A stretch of DNA of 62,088 bases, filler included, from Pelomyxa schiedti (GCA_020536535.1; 9 parts of 9 records of this genome joined end to end with filler, not necessarily neighbours in it), one strand, 5' to 3'. Counted from the whole stretch's first letter, positions 32,946 to 50,262 are shown. Made by a program: numbers and translations. Notes: a model not told the origin generated them from the sequence alone.

Positions 32946-35930
32946 ATGATGCGGAACGAGCCGCTCGCGGTCACGAGCGGCGATAGTGATGGAAAACGAG
33001 GGACTCCACTACTCCACGCACAAAAAATGGAGCAAATGCAACTTTGGCTGGACGGCGCTGATATTCCCATCGAAAAACCACTTTTCGACAAGTACGTTGA
33101 AAAAAGCAAAACTCTGGCTCTATGTTGCAATAAGCACTGCGACCTCTTTGAAATGGCAATTACCTTTTCCAAAGACCCACACAATGGTCTTTGTTCCCTT
33201 CCCCAAGACAACCCCTGTCTCGTACAGTTTTTCATCTTTGTGGCTTAAAAACAATTCCACAAAGTGTATTGTGGCAGCGAGCTGGGAAGCGCAACTGCTC
33301 TCAGCACTTGCTCAGATTTACAGGAAGAACACAATGGTTGTGAAGAATCCATTCATATGTTCTTTTCCTCAACCAGCAGTGAGCAGCTGTTTTTCCCCCA
33401 GGGCACTACCTCCAGCAGTTGTAGTTTCGAATTCCACTGAGCTCATCTCCGATAGTCCACCTTCGGCACCTCCTCGATCTACCCCACCTTTTTTCTATTC
33501 TCCTGCAGCACCGCTGTTATCAAATGTTTATTATACTCAAGCAGAGCAACCCATCAGATTTTTCCTCCATTCACCAGCAGAGTGCTCAACAATTTTCTTT
33601 AAAACAACTGAGTATGAAGAGCTGAGCAAATATATCCATGATTGCAACGAGAACACTTTTCAGAAACCACTGTTTTCTATTTGGGGTATATAGTCTCTAT
33701 TACAACAAAAAAGAATAAAATTAATGGGGGCCAAAAAAAAGGTGAGCAAGATGACTGCCAGAGTAATATAAATGCTTTCGTCAAGGAAATGACTATCAGA
33801 GACCCAGATACACTTTATAAACCAGTCGAATTTGATGATCTACTTCAACACCGTATATGGCACCTTCTTCTTCCTTCCTTTCTAACCATTTTCTAGGCAC
33901 TAGCTTACAGGAGTTCAACAACCTGACACCCCACCATATACTTCATGTTTCAAATGTTCATGATGCCGAGGATACTACACTAAGGGCTATATTCACGTAT
34001 TAACCACACACACGTCACGGCATAGTATTATTAAAGCCCTACATCTACCCTCCAGTGAACTCATATCTCTTACTGTTCTTTCCCAGGCAACTAGACGAGA
34101 TCCGCAAAGCTAGAAGAGCAACCGTGATTATCTCTGGACTTGATGCTACGATTACTGGTCGTACGCAACTACTATTTACTCCCATACTGGTTTGCATCTT
34201 TTGCAGCCCAATTCATAAATAGCAACTACTCTTTCTGTTGTTTCTGAATCAACTGTACAGACTCCAATAATCACACCTGAGGTGGCTTTCCAAATTTTAA
34301 AGTACTTTCTTTCTATGGTCCCAGGCGAGTCCCTTTTGGGTTCCACTTCTGATCAAATTGTGGCTCAAATGAGGATATTGAGTGGTTGCCTATATGGGCC
34401 TCCTTATGTCATTAAACGATTCTTGGAAATGTACTTTTTGGCTTGAATACTTGTATGTTTGGTAAATATTAATAGAGTTCGAGTATATAGTTTGACTCAT
34501 CACGAACGTCCGTTCCTGCTTACAATGATCATTCAAGTGTGGCTGGAGGCAATGCAAAAGTATAAACTTTATTTTCTTGTATTGCCATTAAATTTTGATC
34601 TTGAGGTATGACTCTTTGAGTTGCATGCAGTATAAGCATGTACTTAACAGTAGTTTCAAAAACACGCTGAACAAGATATCCCACTCAGATGAAGTGCTTC
34701 AACTTCGAAAAAATCCCTGTAAGCACTGATTAGGCATGCACTTGTGAGAATGTATTAAGATTCCTTTTAGGGTCCCAAAAGCTTTTAGACGTTGGAAGCA
34801 ACTTCAATACCAAGCACTTCTGTTGTATCATACCACAAGGTGATTCCATCCGTGTGTACATACCGTTCTCTTTCACAGCTTGTTGTACCTTGGTTCAAGG
34901 CTCCGTTCTCGTTACAGTTAGGAGTCTATATATCCTCTTACTCCAACATAACATTTGCTCAGCCCACTGCCGAGCAACTGGTTGACCAGATGATGAAATC
35001 TCAGAAAGGTAACGAATTTGAAATAGTTACAAAGAGGGCCCTGACTGAACCCGGCTCTATCCTCCTCTGCCGAACCCACCTTTCCACGTCTTACCATTCT
35101 CACTTCAGTAAGGATCCTTGTTACTAAAAACGAGGGAATTCACCTTGTGTGACTCGTAGATTTACGTGCCGGCTATCTCAGCTTTGATTCTTTAGCGGAA
35201 GCACCGTTAGGTAGAGTGTTGGTTGTGAAAGTAGGCTTCTGGAAAGTTGATACATGCACCTCTGAGACTAAAGGATGTGTTGATGTGCTAACTTTGGCTC
35301 AGAATGGCAGGTTATTAGGCTTTCTTTACCCCAACCAACACTTAAAAAAGATGAAGATGGCTCCTCAATATTACGTTGGTTTTTTTCCCTCTATGCCAGA
35401 ACTCATTTTTTGAAACAGACCAATACAAGATCACAACTGCAAGTACAGGGCTGGATCCCAAAATTCTTGAATTTTTCCAGGCTGGTAGTGACCGAGATGA
35501 AGATGGTAAGTAAGAATACTTTTTTGAAATGCTTGACCCTTACCTTCTCACTAGCGATCTACACCTTTATTTCTGCTGTGGAATATGTACCTCAACCAGA
35601 TTCAGAAGTAGCGAAATTCCTATCTCGTGATCCCCACTCAGATGGAAAGCATTTGAAGAAATATCAGATCTTGTCTGGCCCAACACTTGTAAGTCAGTGC
35701 CCTGAGGCTTTTCTGCACTGCTTGATTCCACCTGGGGCTCCCTACCGTTACAGTTACATAAACAACAACGGTATCACCTACTAACTGATTTTTTCTAGTT
35801 CCCGATGCTATGACACCCACAGCAGCCAAAAAACCTCGACTTTTCTAAGAACATTTGAAACTTCAGCTTTTTTCTTTCCCTTTTTGGATAGGAACAGCAG
35901 AAACCAGCCAGCATCATCATGGTTTTGATG
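32946..35930 (+). CDS. Large multi-exon hypothetical protein (no family recognised; 3' end approximate)
   Basis: Chain of open, protein-like segments separated by GT-AG introns, e.g. MQLWLDGADIPIEKPLFDKYVEK, QLDEIRKARRATVIISGLDA and PEVAFQILKYFLSMVPGESLLG. Confidence 0.55.
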
Positions 35931-38388
35931 AATCAGAGTGTTGTTCTCAGTCGGGGGTGGATGGAACAATCTGATCTTTTGGATTTAGCTGGCCCAAAGA
36001 AAATGTGCTTGGTCCTGCAGCAGTCTCTGTGCCCTGGTCCCAGAGCGGTAAATAATTCTTTTTTCTGTGAAATAAACACAGGCAGAGGACATTAAATGTG
36101 CATTTAATGGCAATGCTGTTGTAGTACTTCCGCATTCCATTCCCTGTGCATCGTGCGTAGTATCAGTTCATGTCTGATGTTGCATGGAGCTGTTGTCATT
36201 GAGATGGCGAAGTGGAGGTGAGTATGGAATGTCGATGCGCGTTGTAGGTAGACGTTAGGCGTATCGTTGTTCCGTGATGCACATCGTTCCGTTGTACTCC
36301 TTGCACTTCAAGGCTGGAATTCCAATCAACCCAATTTCAGCTCCACAAGAGTCCCTTGTTCTGTAAGAAGTCAGACACAGAACATCAACTATTCTGGACT
36401 TACCTTAAGCATACAGAGCACTTTCTGAGGTGCAGGACATCAGCATCAATCCTCATGACACATCTGAATCTGAGTTAGCATACTAGCTAGGATTATATCA
36501 CATACAAACCTGAAGATATTTCTGTGCCAATCAGTCAACTTTCATATGAACATTTTTGTATGTTCATTCTAGTGATTGGTCTGGATGATCTCCTTGAAGC
36601 TTGTGCTGCCAGCTTCCAGCTTGAATGAATTGCAAGCCCGAATTGTTCCCAGGTATGGTTCCATTTTCCATAAGATGATTCCTTACTCATGGCGAAGGTA
36701 GCAAAGCCTGCTGTTGTAACTGCTCCTAGCTTGTGCAGCTTGAGTGATCTAGAATGCCTTGAGCTGTGCTGATGTGCTTCTTGTGTTTTGCTGACCTGGT
36801 TTGCTTGTGTCCTTCACATCAGCATCTGATGCCATTAGGTGACATTGCCTTGGCGTTGCCAATGATCTGCTTGCTGCTCTCAGCTGAATTGAACAGTGTC
36901 CACCTTGCAGCATTGTTGCTGAGCTCGAATTTGCTTTTCCCTTTTTGCCCAAGTGCCTCAAACTGGACAAGGTGGTTGGTGTAGAAGCCACCTTCAACAC
37001 CACAGGTTCCTTCCTATGCTCCAAAACCACTATTTAATTGGCTCTCCTAGGCCTGCTGCGAAAATGTCTGTTTATTTCTGCACTTCCAATGCTATTGTGC
37101 AGCGATTTCCATATTGGAGCACCCTGGGTAATCCAACAAAGTGTGCATTTTTTTCCCATTATCACATCCTGTAGGCCAACTAACAATGAGGTCTAACAGA
37201 TAAGTCCTGGCCATGATAGCTATGACATCACAAGATGTCAGGGAGCTTCCATGAAGGCACACCTCACTACTGTGTCCCTAAGGGCACCCTTCCCTAAGGT
37301 CGACACAGTGTGACACAGTAATTCATTACTAATGATTTCTCGGATAGTGCCACATAATCCAGAGGGTTATGCAATCCCTGTGCAGAAATGTGAAACATAG
37401 GTTCAGGTAATCTCTACTTCTAAATTCGGATTGACAGACAAATCATTTAGGGTTGATAAACCAGTTTTTATGACAATTCTGATAGTGGAATTGATATGTA
37501 GTTTTGTAGCTAATCTATGTGCACAGATAGAGTGCAACCAAAACATTAGGTATGTATTCCTTACACCAAGGTAGTGCTTCCCACTATTATCACAGAGTGA
37601 AATTCAATAATCCCAATAGCATCAACTGCTTAATAAAACACAAATACAAGCCAATAAACCAATAAGCACAACCGAAATGAATAAATAGATTTGTAATAAT
37701 GCTACATAGCTTTGGAGGATTTCCAACCTTCGAATTCACATATCTAGCATTCCCGCGATATAAAACTTGCCGGATGTTGTCTGCATGATTCCCAATATTT
37801 ACATGCTAATCATGTTGCAGGATGCATGCTACAGTGCCGGAAATGTCTGCCGCAGTGCCGGAAATATCTTCCAAGGTGCTGGTTGAGAAAGTGAATCAGC
37901 AGTATCCCTTTGCAGTGAAATTTTTATTCCACCATGCCATATTCTCTCTCGCCACTAGGCCGGTATCTCGGATCAACAATCGGCTGATAATTAATTTCAC
38001 GGATGTCTTCTTCGAACCAAATAAACTTTTGTTATCGTTTCGATGATTACGTGTTACTAAGTTACGACAATGCCGATGTTGAGGGCTCCCGTGCTACGGT
38101 GATGTCAAATAAACCGTGGCAGTGGAATGTGTGGGCTAGGAAGCACTGTGTGTCAGGATGAGGGATTTGTTGGAAGGCATTTGGCACTACAATCCATGTA
38201 ATTGTGATGTTGTGCAATTACAATGCTGACTGTTTTCCATTTCCATCCGTCCGTTTTCCCCTCTGTTNNNNNNNNNNNNNNNNNNNNNNNNNNNNNNNNN
38301 NNNNNNNNNNNTTAATTAATTAANNNNNNNNNNNNNNNNNNNNNNNNNNNNNNNNNNNNNNNNNNNNCCCACCGTTCCCGCAGCATCG

Positions 38389-39423
38389 TCTGCCACCCCG
38401 CAGCAAATTGCGGCTTACGAGTTGGCTGAAAAGAAGGCTGCAACTGTTGCCACCATTACAGCGGCGATGGTTGCAGATGACAAGTCCCATCCTACCACGG
38501 CACGTACACAGGCAGGCTCGTAAACAACCAGCGCGACGGGAAAGGCACCTGCAAGCGCCACGACTGCACCTACGACGGCCGGTGGGCCGACGGCGAAGAG
38601 AACGGCCGAGGCGTCCTCAAGTGGGCCAATGGCGACACCTACGACGGCGAGTGGCTCAACGGCATTGTCGACGGATGGGGCGTGTACCGCTGCAGCGGCT
38701 CTGACGGCTCGTCGTTCGAGGGGCTGTACAGGGACAACATGCGCAAGAGGGGTGCGTGGCACGACAGGTCCGGCGCCGAAGTCAAGGACGGCGACTGGGT
38801 GTTTGGCACCACCGGGTCGGAGATGCAGGGGTGGGGTGTGCAAAGAAGGAAGAGAGCCGCTGACAAAAGCGCCACAACAACGATGATGGAGACGGTGTTC
38901 GAGGGGGAGTGGGACAGGGACAAGTGGCACGGGAGGGGAACGTGGAGGTCACATGAAGGTGAAATCTACAATGGTATGTTTGATCACGGCAAGAGGAGTG
39001 GAACTGGGAGCATGCTGTTTGGTGGTGATGGGGGGGAGCGAGGAGGGAGCTACGTCGGGGAGTGGAAGGATGACATGTTCCATGGTCGGGGTGTGAGGCT
39101 GTGGGCAAACGGCGACAGGTACGATGGCAAGTGGGTGTGTGGCATGGAGAACGGTGAAGGGACAAGGACGTGGTCAAGGGATGGGTCATCGTTCACAGGG
39201 TTGTGGGAGATGGGTGTGCCAAAGAAGGGAGCAAGGAGGTGGCCAAATGGTGACCAATTTGAGGGTACCTTCTCGCAGTTTGAAGTGCATGGATTGGGGA
39301 TTTTGCAGGTCGTTGGGGAGGGTATTATGACACTCTCCACAACTGGGAATGTTCCATTGAGGGGTGTTCTCAACAACAATGTATTCAATGGAAGAACAGG
39401 TTCTGGAATTTTCCAACATCAAA
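38389..39423 (+). CDS. MORN-repeat protein (partial, gap-bounded; apparent frameshift near 38490)
   Basis: Repeated YDGEWLNGIVDGWGVY, FEGEWDRDKWHGRGTW, YVGEWKDDMFHGRGV and YDGKWVCGMENGEGT. Confidence 0.85.
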
Positions 39424-40239
39424 NNNNNNNNNNNNNNNNNNNNNNNNNNNNNNNNNNNNNNNNNNNNTTAATTAATTAANNNNNNNNNNNNNNNNNNNNN
39501 NNNNNNNNNNNNNNNNNNNNNNNCGGCTTTGGTGGTGCCTATTTAAATGTAAGTATTAGTTAGACTAAGATGAGAAGGCACTTAGCTTTGGTTACTTTAT
39601 TTGTATTGAGGATAACTTGTGGCAAACCTATTACAACTAAGGATAGAAGCCAAAAATGCAGTAGATAGCTAGGCAGCTCTACACAACGAGAAAGGGAAAC
39701 TAGAACGCGAGTACAAAAGGAACAAGGGGAAAAAAAAAACTTTCAAAAAATGAAGAGCAAAGAACACGGGGACACATTGTAGTCATTTGCAATACTTACC
39801 GATGTTTGCTGTTCTTGTCGTGTGGTCCGGCCCGGTCCAGCCTTTGTTGGTTTATTTATTTTTTTGAATTAGTCTGAGACTAGTTTGGCGGGGTAATTGC
39901 AAATTGGGAACTTTTTCGTTTTTCCCCAGAATATTCGGTGTGGGGTTGTTATTGACCTGCCCTGGTGCCGACTGTTGTTGCGGTTGTTGACCAACAGAAT
40001 ATCTTGTTGTGTTGAAGTCCAGTCCTAATCTCAGTCTCAGATCTGGAAGACACCGAATAGCATCAAAGCACATAAAAGGAAAGAGCGACGCATGTGGTGC
40101 GCCGATTGTGGTTTGTAGTGTGCGATCGACGGGGATACTGCCACATGTCCATGCCCGTCGGTTTTGGATTATGGGGTTCGGAGTAATATTTCGTACCAAG
40201 AGACCACCATATTAGTTTATTTGGCGTTTTCGGCATTCC

Positions 40240-41513
40240 ATGGGTGTTTTCTTCGGATGTTATGAACAACAGCCGCGATGCAACAGTTGGGTGGGGTCCT
40301 CAGAAGGTTCCCTCCTACTGCTACATCACAGCTGTTTCCACAACATATTTCATGTTGCAAAGGAAATGTTGGTCCCAATTGCTCTGCTAAAACGTGGGGA
40401 GACCAGGTCTCATCACCTAACGGCTGGTACGTTTTTCTTCAATCAAACTGACAGTTCCTCACAAATCAACTTCAATTGTGCCCAGTCCCAAGTGGTTGAG
40501 GACATCAGGCACTCAATGTTCCAAGCACACTTACTGTTACTGAACACTCTACACAGAGCTATCCCCAGAAGCCCCTTTCTGTCATCGGCTGGCATTTTAG
40601 GCGAACCCTTCGATGTCACGACTTTACGCCCCTGCGTGCTCCGCGCCTCCTCCTCACTCGAGTTCTGAAAAAAGCTCGAAGGTGATGTTGTCTCAGAGTG
40701 CCTATTCCTTGTCGACAGGTTACTTTCGTTCTTATCAAAATATCCCTCCCCATTTCAGATCAGGGAGTGTGGAAGGAGAGCCAATTAAACAAGGTACAGG
40801 CTTCCTTTGTTGTTCCAACTTGTTTTCAGTTTTCAAAACAAATGCTGCAAATATTCTTGAGGTTTTACCTGAGCGGATACGCCTTGTTGGAGATGACTCG
40901 GATTCTCATGCAATTAACAGGATTTGGTCACCTGTCATGTGACTCTTTTCTCCAAAGGGAGTTGAGTACCCTTCTTTCTCAATAATTTTTTTTTTTCGCC
41001 TTTGAAGAGCAAAAAGCCTACCCCAGGAATACCTCAACAGGTTTTTTTTACTAACTGATGGGCAAAGTGTGTTCTCCGCAACCGCAGCTATAGTACTGTC
41101 GATCTCACTGTTACATTCCAGTTTCCGATACAGAAGAATGCATTGCAGCTGTAGGGGCAGTGCCAGTACCACTAGAGTGTTCACTATATGGGATAGAAAA
41201 CTTGTTCGAAGTGTTGCTAAAGCAGGGAATGGTGAATGTGAGTTGATCCAGGACACACAATCCATTAACCAGAAAGTTCTACGTTTGCTGAATAAAGCCC
41301 TCCAACCAGCTCTGACTGATGTACTGCCTGTACCAATTCATTTACTTCTTTGTTCTCAGGTAACTCTCAGCTCTTACAGGATTTCAACAAACCCCCTAGA
41401 TATTACGGCCACTGTTCGGCGGATCGGCTTTAGTTGTTTATGGCTTCTTGCCAACTGTATGGTCCAAATTTCTTTTCTCCCACTATACATACTCTTGTTT
41501 AAATTAGACCCAA
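40240..41513 (+). pseudogene. Decayed von Willebrand A (VIT-vWA/VWA5A-like) gene
   Basis: Motifs SECLFLVDR/SGSVEGEPIKQ (MIDAS DxSxS), SPLKSKKPTPGIPQQVF-LLTDGQ/ISDTEE and STTRVFTI..LVRSVAKAGNGECELIQD..KVLRLLNKALQPALTDV. Frameshifts at the T8 run (41042-41049) and near 41150. 5' boundary approximate. Confidence 0.65.
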
Positions 41514-41613
41514 NNNNNNNNNNNNNNNNNNNNNNNNNNNNNNNNNNNNNNNNNNNNTTAATTAATTAANNNNNNNNNNNNNNNNNNNNNNNNNNNNNNN
41601 NNNNNNNNNNNNN

Positions 41614-42536
41614 ATTCTGGGGAAGTGCCCACAATATCCGGTGAGGAATCTCCACCAGAGCTTACCGAAGGAGACCGCTTGTTCTTCTTATGATATGTCT
41701 TTGCTGCAGAAAATGTATTAGATAAAGACATACATAATTCTAACTCACCAGTCAGAGCACGCGCCTGTAGCTGGAACTGACCGCTAATTACTTTCAAGTC
41801 TCTGAGAGTAACAACTAAGAAAAGTGCAGAGACCTGTATAAACGATGAGAAAAGACCGAAACAACTTTCCGCAAAGCGAACCTGTAAGTGCATTCTCGAC
41901 GAAGAGCAATTCCCTTTGATTTCAAACTGATATTCCTCAGATTTTGAATCGGGCACATTGTGAGGTACTCTGTGTATCGGCGTAATCCTCACCAATGGCC
42001 GATGGTCCGGGCAGCACTGAGGACACTCCACTTCTGCCGAAAAGTTCAGTAAACAACCAACAACAAAAATGATACAAACCTTTCTGTGTTCTCCATGAGC
42101 AACACTCAGCCGTAGTGCAGGCCGCACACACTTCATCATGTGTGATTCCATTCATCTCCCTCCACTCCCTATTCACCACCAGGCACATCTATTTATAAAC
42201 GTACATTAGTTCTCGTCCATTGCACGAAGGCACCAAACAAAAAAAAAACCGACGAAAAAACCAAAAAAAAGAACTTTGGGATTTCCAAAAAGAAAAAAGA
42301 GAACGAACACACACCACTGTTGATGATCGGGCCGAAACCCTCGCGGGCACGAGCAACTGCGCGCTCTGGTGACACCCCACGCTGTTGCACAGTGATGACG
42401 TGTTGCTGACGTCACCGCCCGCGTCGTCGTCACGGCTGCTGCCGCCGACGTCTACATCGACGTCCCGTGGCGGTGCCTTCTCGTGGCGTTGGGTATTGCC
42501 CTCGTCTGTGCGGTCTACAACATTCAACGGTTCCAT
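41614..42536 (-). CDS. Putative CudA-like DNA-binding protein 1 (partial at 3' gap)
   Basis: In-frame splicing gives ..EVECPQCCPDHRPLVRI..EEYQFEIKGNCSSSRMHLQ/VSALFLVVTLRDLKVISGQFQLQAR..KTYHKKNKR. It shares a motif with the 51038 gene. The CudA assignment is from memory of that family and is unverified. Confidence 0.55.
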
Positions 42537-42899
42537 CTCACCCTGTGGGCAATGAACCCTCCTGCTGGCTGTTTGTTTTCTTTTTTAATGGTTGTTGATG
42601 CGGCTTTTTTGTTTTGTTTGGTTAATTTGGGGCGATAACGGGAACCGATTTTCGTTTGATGACAATTATCTTAGGCGAATGACCGTATTTCGGTCAGAGT
42701 CTTTTCTTCTGTTATCGCACGATATCACCGCAACAGTTGCTTTTTCGCCTGGCTTTCTGCGCAACCGTAACCTCGTTTTCCAGGTTTGGGCGATAGAANN
42801 NNNNNNNNNNNNNNNNNNNNNNNNNNNNNNNNNNNNNNNNNNNNNNNNNNNNNNNNNNNNNNNNNNNNNNNNNNNNNNNNNNNNNNNNNNNNNNNNNNA

Positions 42900-43508
42900 G
42901 TTCTCGTCCATTGCACGAAATCACCAAACAAAAAAAAACCGACGAAAAAACCAAAAAAAAAAAAAAAAAGAACTTTGGGATTTCCAAAAAGAAAAAAGAG
43001 AACGAACACACACCACAGTTGATGATCGGGCCGAAACCCTCGCGGGCACGAGCAACTGCGCGCTCTGGTGACACCCCACGCTGTTGCACAGTGACGACGT
43101 GTTGCTGACGTCACCGCCCGCGTCGTCGTCACGGCTGCTGCCGCCGACGTCTACATCGACGTCCCGTGACGGTGCCTTCTCGTGGCGTTGGGTATTGCCC
43201 TCGTCTGTGCGGTCTACAACATTCAACGGTTCCATCTCACCCTGTGGCCAATGAACCCTCCTGCTGGCTGTTTGTTTTCTTTTTTAATGGTTGTTGATGC
43301 GGCTTTTTTGTTCGTTTTGGGTTTTGTTTGGTTAATTTGGGGCGATAACGGGAACCGATTTTCGTTTGATGACAATTATCTTAGGCTAATGACCGTATTT
43401 CGGTCAGAGTCTTTTCTTCTGTTATCGCACGATATCACCGCAACAGTTGCTTTTTCGCCTGGCTTTCTGCGCAACCGTAACCTCGTTTTCCAGGTTTGGG
43501 CGATAGAA
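42900..43508. repeat. Redundant copy of 42209-42798 (exon 1 and promoter of the CudA-like gene), probably a haplotig
   Basis: Near-identical, separated by a 100-N gap. Confidence 0.85.
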
Positions 43509-43608
43509 NNNNNNNNNNNNNNNNNNNNNNNNNNNNNNNNNNNNNNNNNNNNTTAATTAATTAANNNNNNNNNNNNNNNNNNNNNNNNNNNNNNNNNNNN
43601 NNNNNNNN

Positions 43609-44307
43609 ATGCCCACCACGGTCCTGGGTCATCAGCATCATCATCGTCGTCGTCATCAAATGGTCCTAATACGCAATGTGTTGGCAACTGGCCTACAACG
43701 AATACCACGACTACCACAACGACTGTGTCAACTACGGCAACTACGTCGTCTGCTTCCAACATCACTATCACCAACACAATCACAATCACAAACCCGGTCA
43801 CATCACCGTCACCAACCCCAACCCCAACCCCAAATACACATCCACATCCAAATACAAATACAAACACAGTCACTAATTCAGGCACTGGCAAAGCTACGGG
43901 TACATACAGGGATTATCGGAGCCCAGTCACAGGCAGTGGTGATGAACCCAGCTTGGGCAGCACAAAGAATGATCATCCCAGGAGCAGAAGTTCCAGCCCA
44001 AGTCTTCCGCATCCTCTCTTGTCTACAGGTGCCACCGGCTCTGCACATGAAACGGAATATGAGGATGAGGAGGGGGTGGAGTATGGTAATGCAGTGTACA
44101 CTGGTGGCCAGCAGTACTACCATGAAGACGGGGATGGAAATGAGGGTGAGGATGGTGATGGTGCTGGCGATGGTGATGGAGATGGAGATGTAGAGGAGCC
44201 TAATTATGGCGTTGTATACCCAGTTCAGTACACGGGTCCGTATTATTCTCCTGCCAGTACAGGTGCTTATGGCACCTCTGCTCCTGTCATGTATCCACCG
44301 CCTAGTA
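43609..44307 (+). repeat. Redundant copy of about 48800-49520 (internal part of the 48445 gene), gap-bounded
   Basis: Near-identical apart from repeat-length differences; flanked by gaps on both sides. Confidence 0.85.
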
Positions 44308-44407
44308 NNNNNNNNNNNNNNNNNNNNNNNNNNNNNNNNNNNNNNNNNNNNNNNNNNNNNNNNNNNNNNNNNNNNNNNNNNNNNNNNNNNNNNNNNNNNN
44401 NNNNNNN

Positions 44408-47676
<3,269 letters not shown>

Positions 47677-48444
47677 CCAAAACACAATAGTCACAATTCA
47701 GAAAATAAAAAAAATATTACCCGTTGCATTGTTTCCTTTCAGGGCAAAAACCGAGAGGAAGGAAAATAAAAAGGTAAGAGGGGGGTGGTGAGTAGAGTAA
47801 CGTGAGATTTACCCGAGCGAAGCGCCTTAGCAGGGCGTCCGCCAGGGAGAACACAGGCCGGAATGAGAGGCCGGCCCACGTCCAGAGTTGCTAGTGCATT
47901 GCCATAGAAGTCGAAGAATCACGTTCACATGGGAGCACCATGATTCCCACCTCACACCATAAGATGACCCCTCTTCTCCGCTTCTATGCCCACTGTTTTT
48001 ATGCTGGGTTGCATTGTGGGAGAGCTAGTCGCCCACTCGCGCGCGACAAAACGCGATTTCGGCTAAATGAGCACTTTGATGGAAAAATCGTAGCGTGTTT
48101 GGTTGCCGGGTTTGCGAACGTCTTTGTTTTGGGGAAATGTGTGGCAGATCGATCGCATTCATGTGTTACCAAGTTAACAGTTTAAGTACGACTCCGTACA
48201 TCAAACAACGAAAAAAAAAAAACAAACAAACAAAATTCAACATAACACTACGTATGTCTTCTACAACAACGAACCAACACGTCGATAACAACAAACGGCA
48301 ACCCGAACAGCGACACACGACGCAGGGGTGGATTTTTTAAATTGACATAACCGGAAAAGATTCGTAAGACAACGTTTGATGAAGCGTCTTCACAGATCCT
48401 TCGGGAAAACCCCCTTTGATTAAATCATCAAGACACAACCGGAG

Positions 48445-50262
48445 ATGATGCACGCGGCGTCACCAACTACGTCACTTAACAGCACAAAATTCTCGGCACC
48501 ACACGCCGGCAACAAGCGACGACCGACGGCAGCCGCAGCCGACCCCACGGCGACGATGTCGGGCGGCGTGCCACCATTGTTCAAGAGATCCAGGCCTGTG
48601 GTGTGGGACAGCGTCCCTCCCACAATCCCCGTGATTCCCGTTCCGCAGCGGCCCGTATTACGCCCCGCACTTCCCGTGATTCCCGCAGCCGCTGCGGCCA
48701 CGATCGGCGCCGACTCGCGCCCAGCCGCCCCGCCGTCTCCCGTTTCGGCGGCTGCGCCGCCCCACAATTCTCTTTCGACGAGAGTACTCCCCGCCGCCGA
48801 TGCCCACCACGGTCCTGGGTCATCAGCATCATCATCGTCGTCGTCATCAAATGGTCCTAATACGCAATGTGTTGGCAACTGGCCTACAACGAATACCACG
48901 ACTACCACAACGACTGTGTCGACTACGGCAACTACGTCGTCTGCTTCCAACATCACTATCACCAACACAATCACAATCACAAACCCGGTCACATCACCGT
49001 CACCAACCCCAACCCCAACCCCAAATACAAATCCACATCCACATCCACATCCAAATACAAATACAAATACAAATACAAATACAAACACAGTCACTAATTC
49101 AGGCACTGGCAAAGCTACGGGTACATACAGGGAATATCGGAGCCCAGTCACAGTCAGTGGTGATGAAGCCAGCTTGGGCAGCACAAAGAATGATCATCCC
49201 AGGAGCAGAAGTTCCAGCCCAAGTCTTCCGCATCCTCTCTTGTCTACAGGTGCCACCGGCTCTGCACACGAAACGGAATATGAGGATGAGGAGGGGGTGG
49301 AGTATGGTAATGCAGTGTACACGGGTGGCCAGCAGTACTACCATGAAGACGGGGATGGAAATGAGGATGAGGATGGTGCTGGCGATGGCGATGGTGATGG
49401 GGATGTAGAGGAGCCTAATTATGGCGTTGTATACCCAGTTCAGTACACGGGTCCGTATTATTCTCCTGCCAGTACAGGTGCTTATGGCACCTCTGCTCCT
49501 GTCATGTATCCACCGCCTAGTAATGTCCAGAGTCCACCAACAAAGGTGCGGCGGGACAGACCTCTTCGGATCAAGGCACTTTTGAAATTGGCTGGTATTG
49601 TGCAGAGGAGAATGCCGACTTCTAGCAAAAGACACACCCTCAACCTCCCAAAGTTACCTGGTAGCCTACCTCGCGAGAAGGCAAGCAGGTCTATTTTTCT
49701 CCCAGATGAATCAATTTTTGGCCCATTTGCGCGAGTGGTTGTAGCTCCGCCAGAGAAGATTGCACAGCTCCGGAAACAGAGCAATGATGCCAGCGGTGAC
49801 CCTATAGACTATACACAATTCTATACCATTCCTACTAACGAGGGCTTGTGCATTGCGGTTGTTAGTATGTTTCTTCTCTATACAACCCTTTTCCACTTAT
49901 GTATTTTCTAGAACACAATGAAGGAACCGGAGCACTTCCCCCCGTAATGCTGGAGAACGCAGATTCCAGGATTTCTAGCGGCACAATGAACTTGTGTGTT
50001 CACACTTTGTCTGAAAACTCCGAGTGGACATCAACTACAATTAGTATGACTTGTACTCCTAATTTAAGTAGCTCACCCGTTGAAAGCGGTACCGCCTGTT
50101 GCGTTGCTGCCACCGCGTCCTGTTACATACCAGCCGGTCTACTTTACACCCGTCTTGTACCCATCGTTTCCTCCCGGAGTATACTACGCACCACCTTCCA
50201 CACCTGACAACAACACAACCAGTGATGCTGATGAACAGGACACTCCTCCCTCAGACACTTAG
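48445..50262 (+). CDS. Hypothetical low-complexity protein (multi-exon; 3' end approximate)
   Basis: 488-codon first exon with a globular-looking end (DRPLRIKALLKLAGIV..SIFGPFARVVV), followed by spliceable exons. Confidence 0.65.

Noticed and set aside
35947-37100. Stop-riddled minus-strand coding-like sequence with faint hAT-transposase-like words (WN, IPA)
   Set aside because: No continuous frame, catalytic motifs, TIRs or TSD could be established; too weak to call a mobile element.
41614-41700. Plus-strand SPPELTEGDRLFF as a continuation of the vWA gene across the gap
   Set aside because: The minus strand gives a clean, fully spliceable gene over the same bases.
42209-44307. Apparent tandem gene duplications around 42.2-44.3 kb
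   Set aside because: Near-identical, gap-bounded fragments are best explained as uncollapsed haplotigs.
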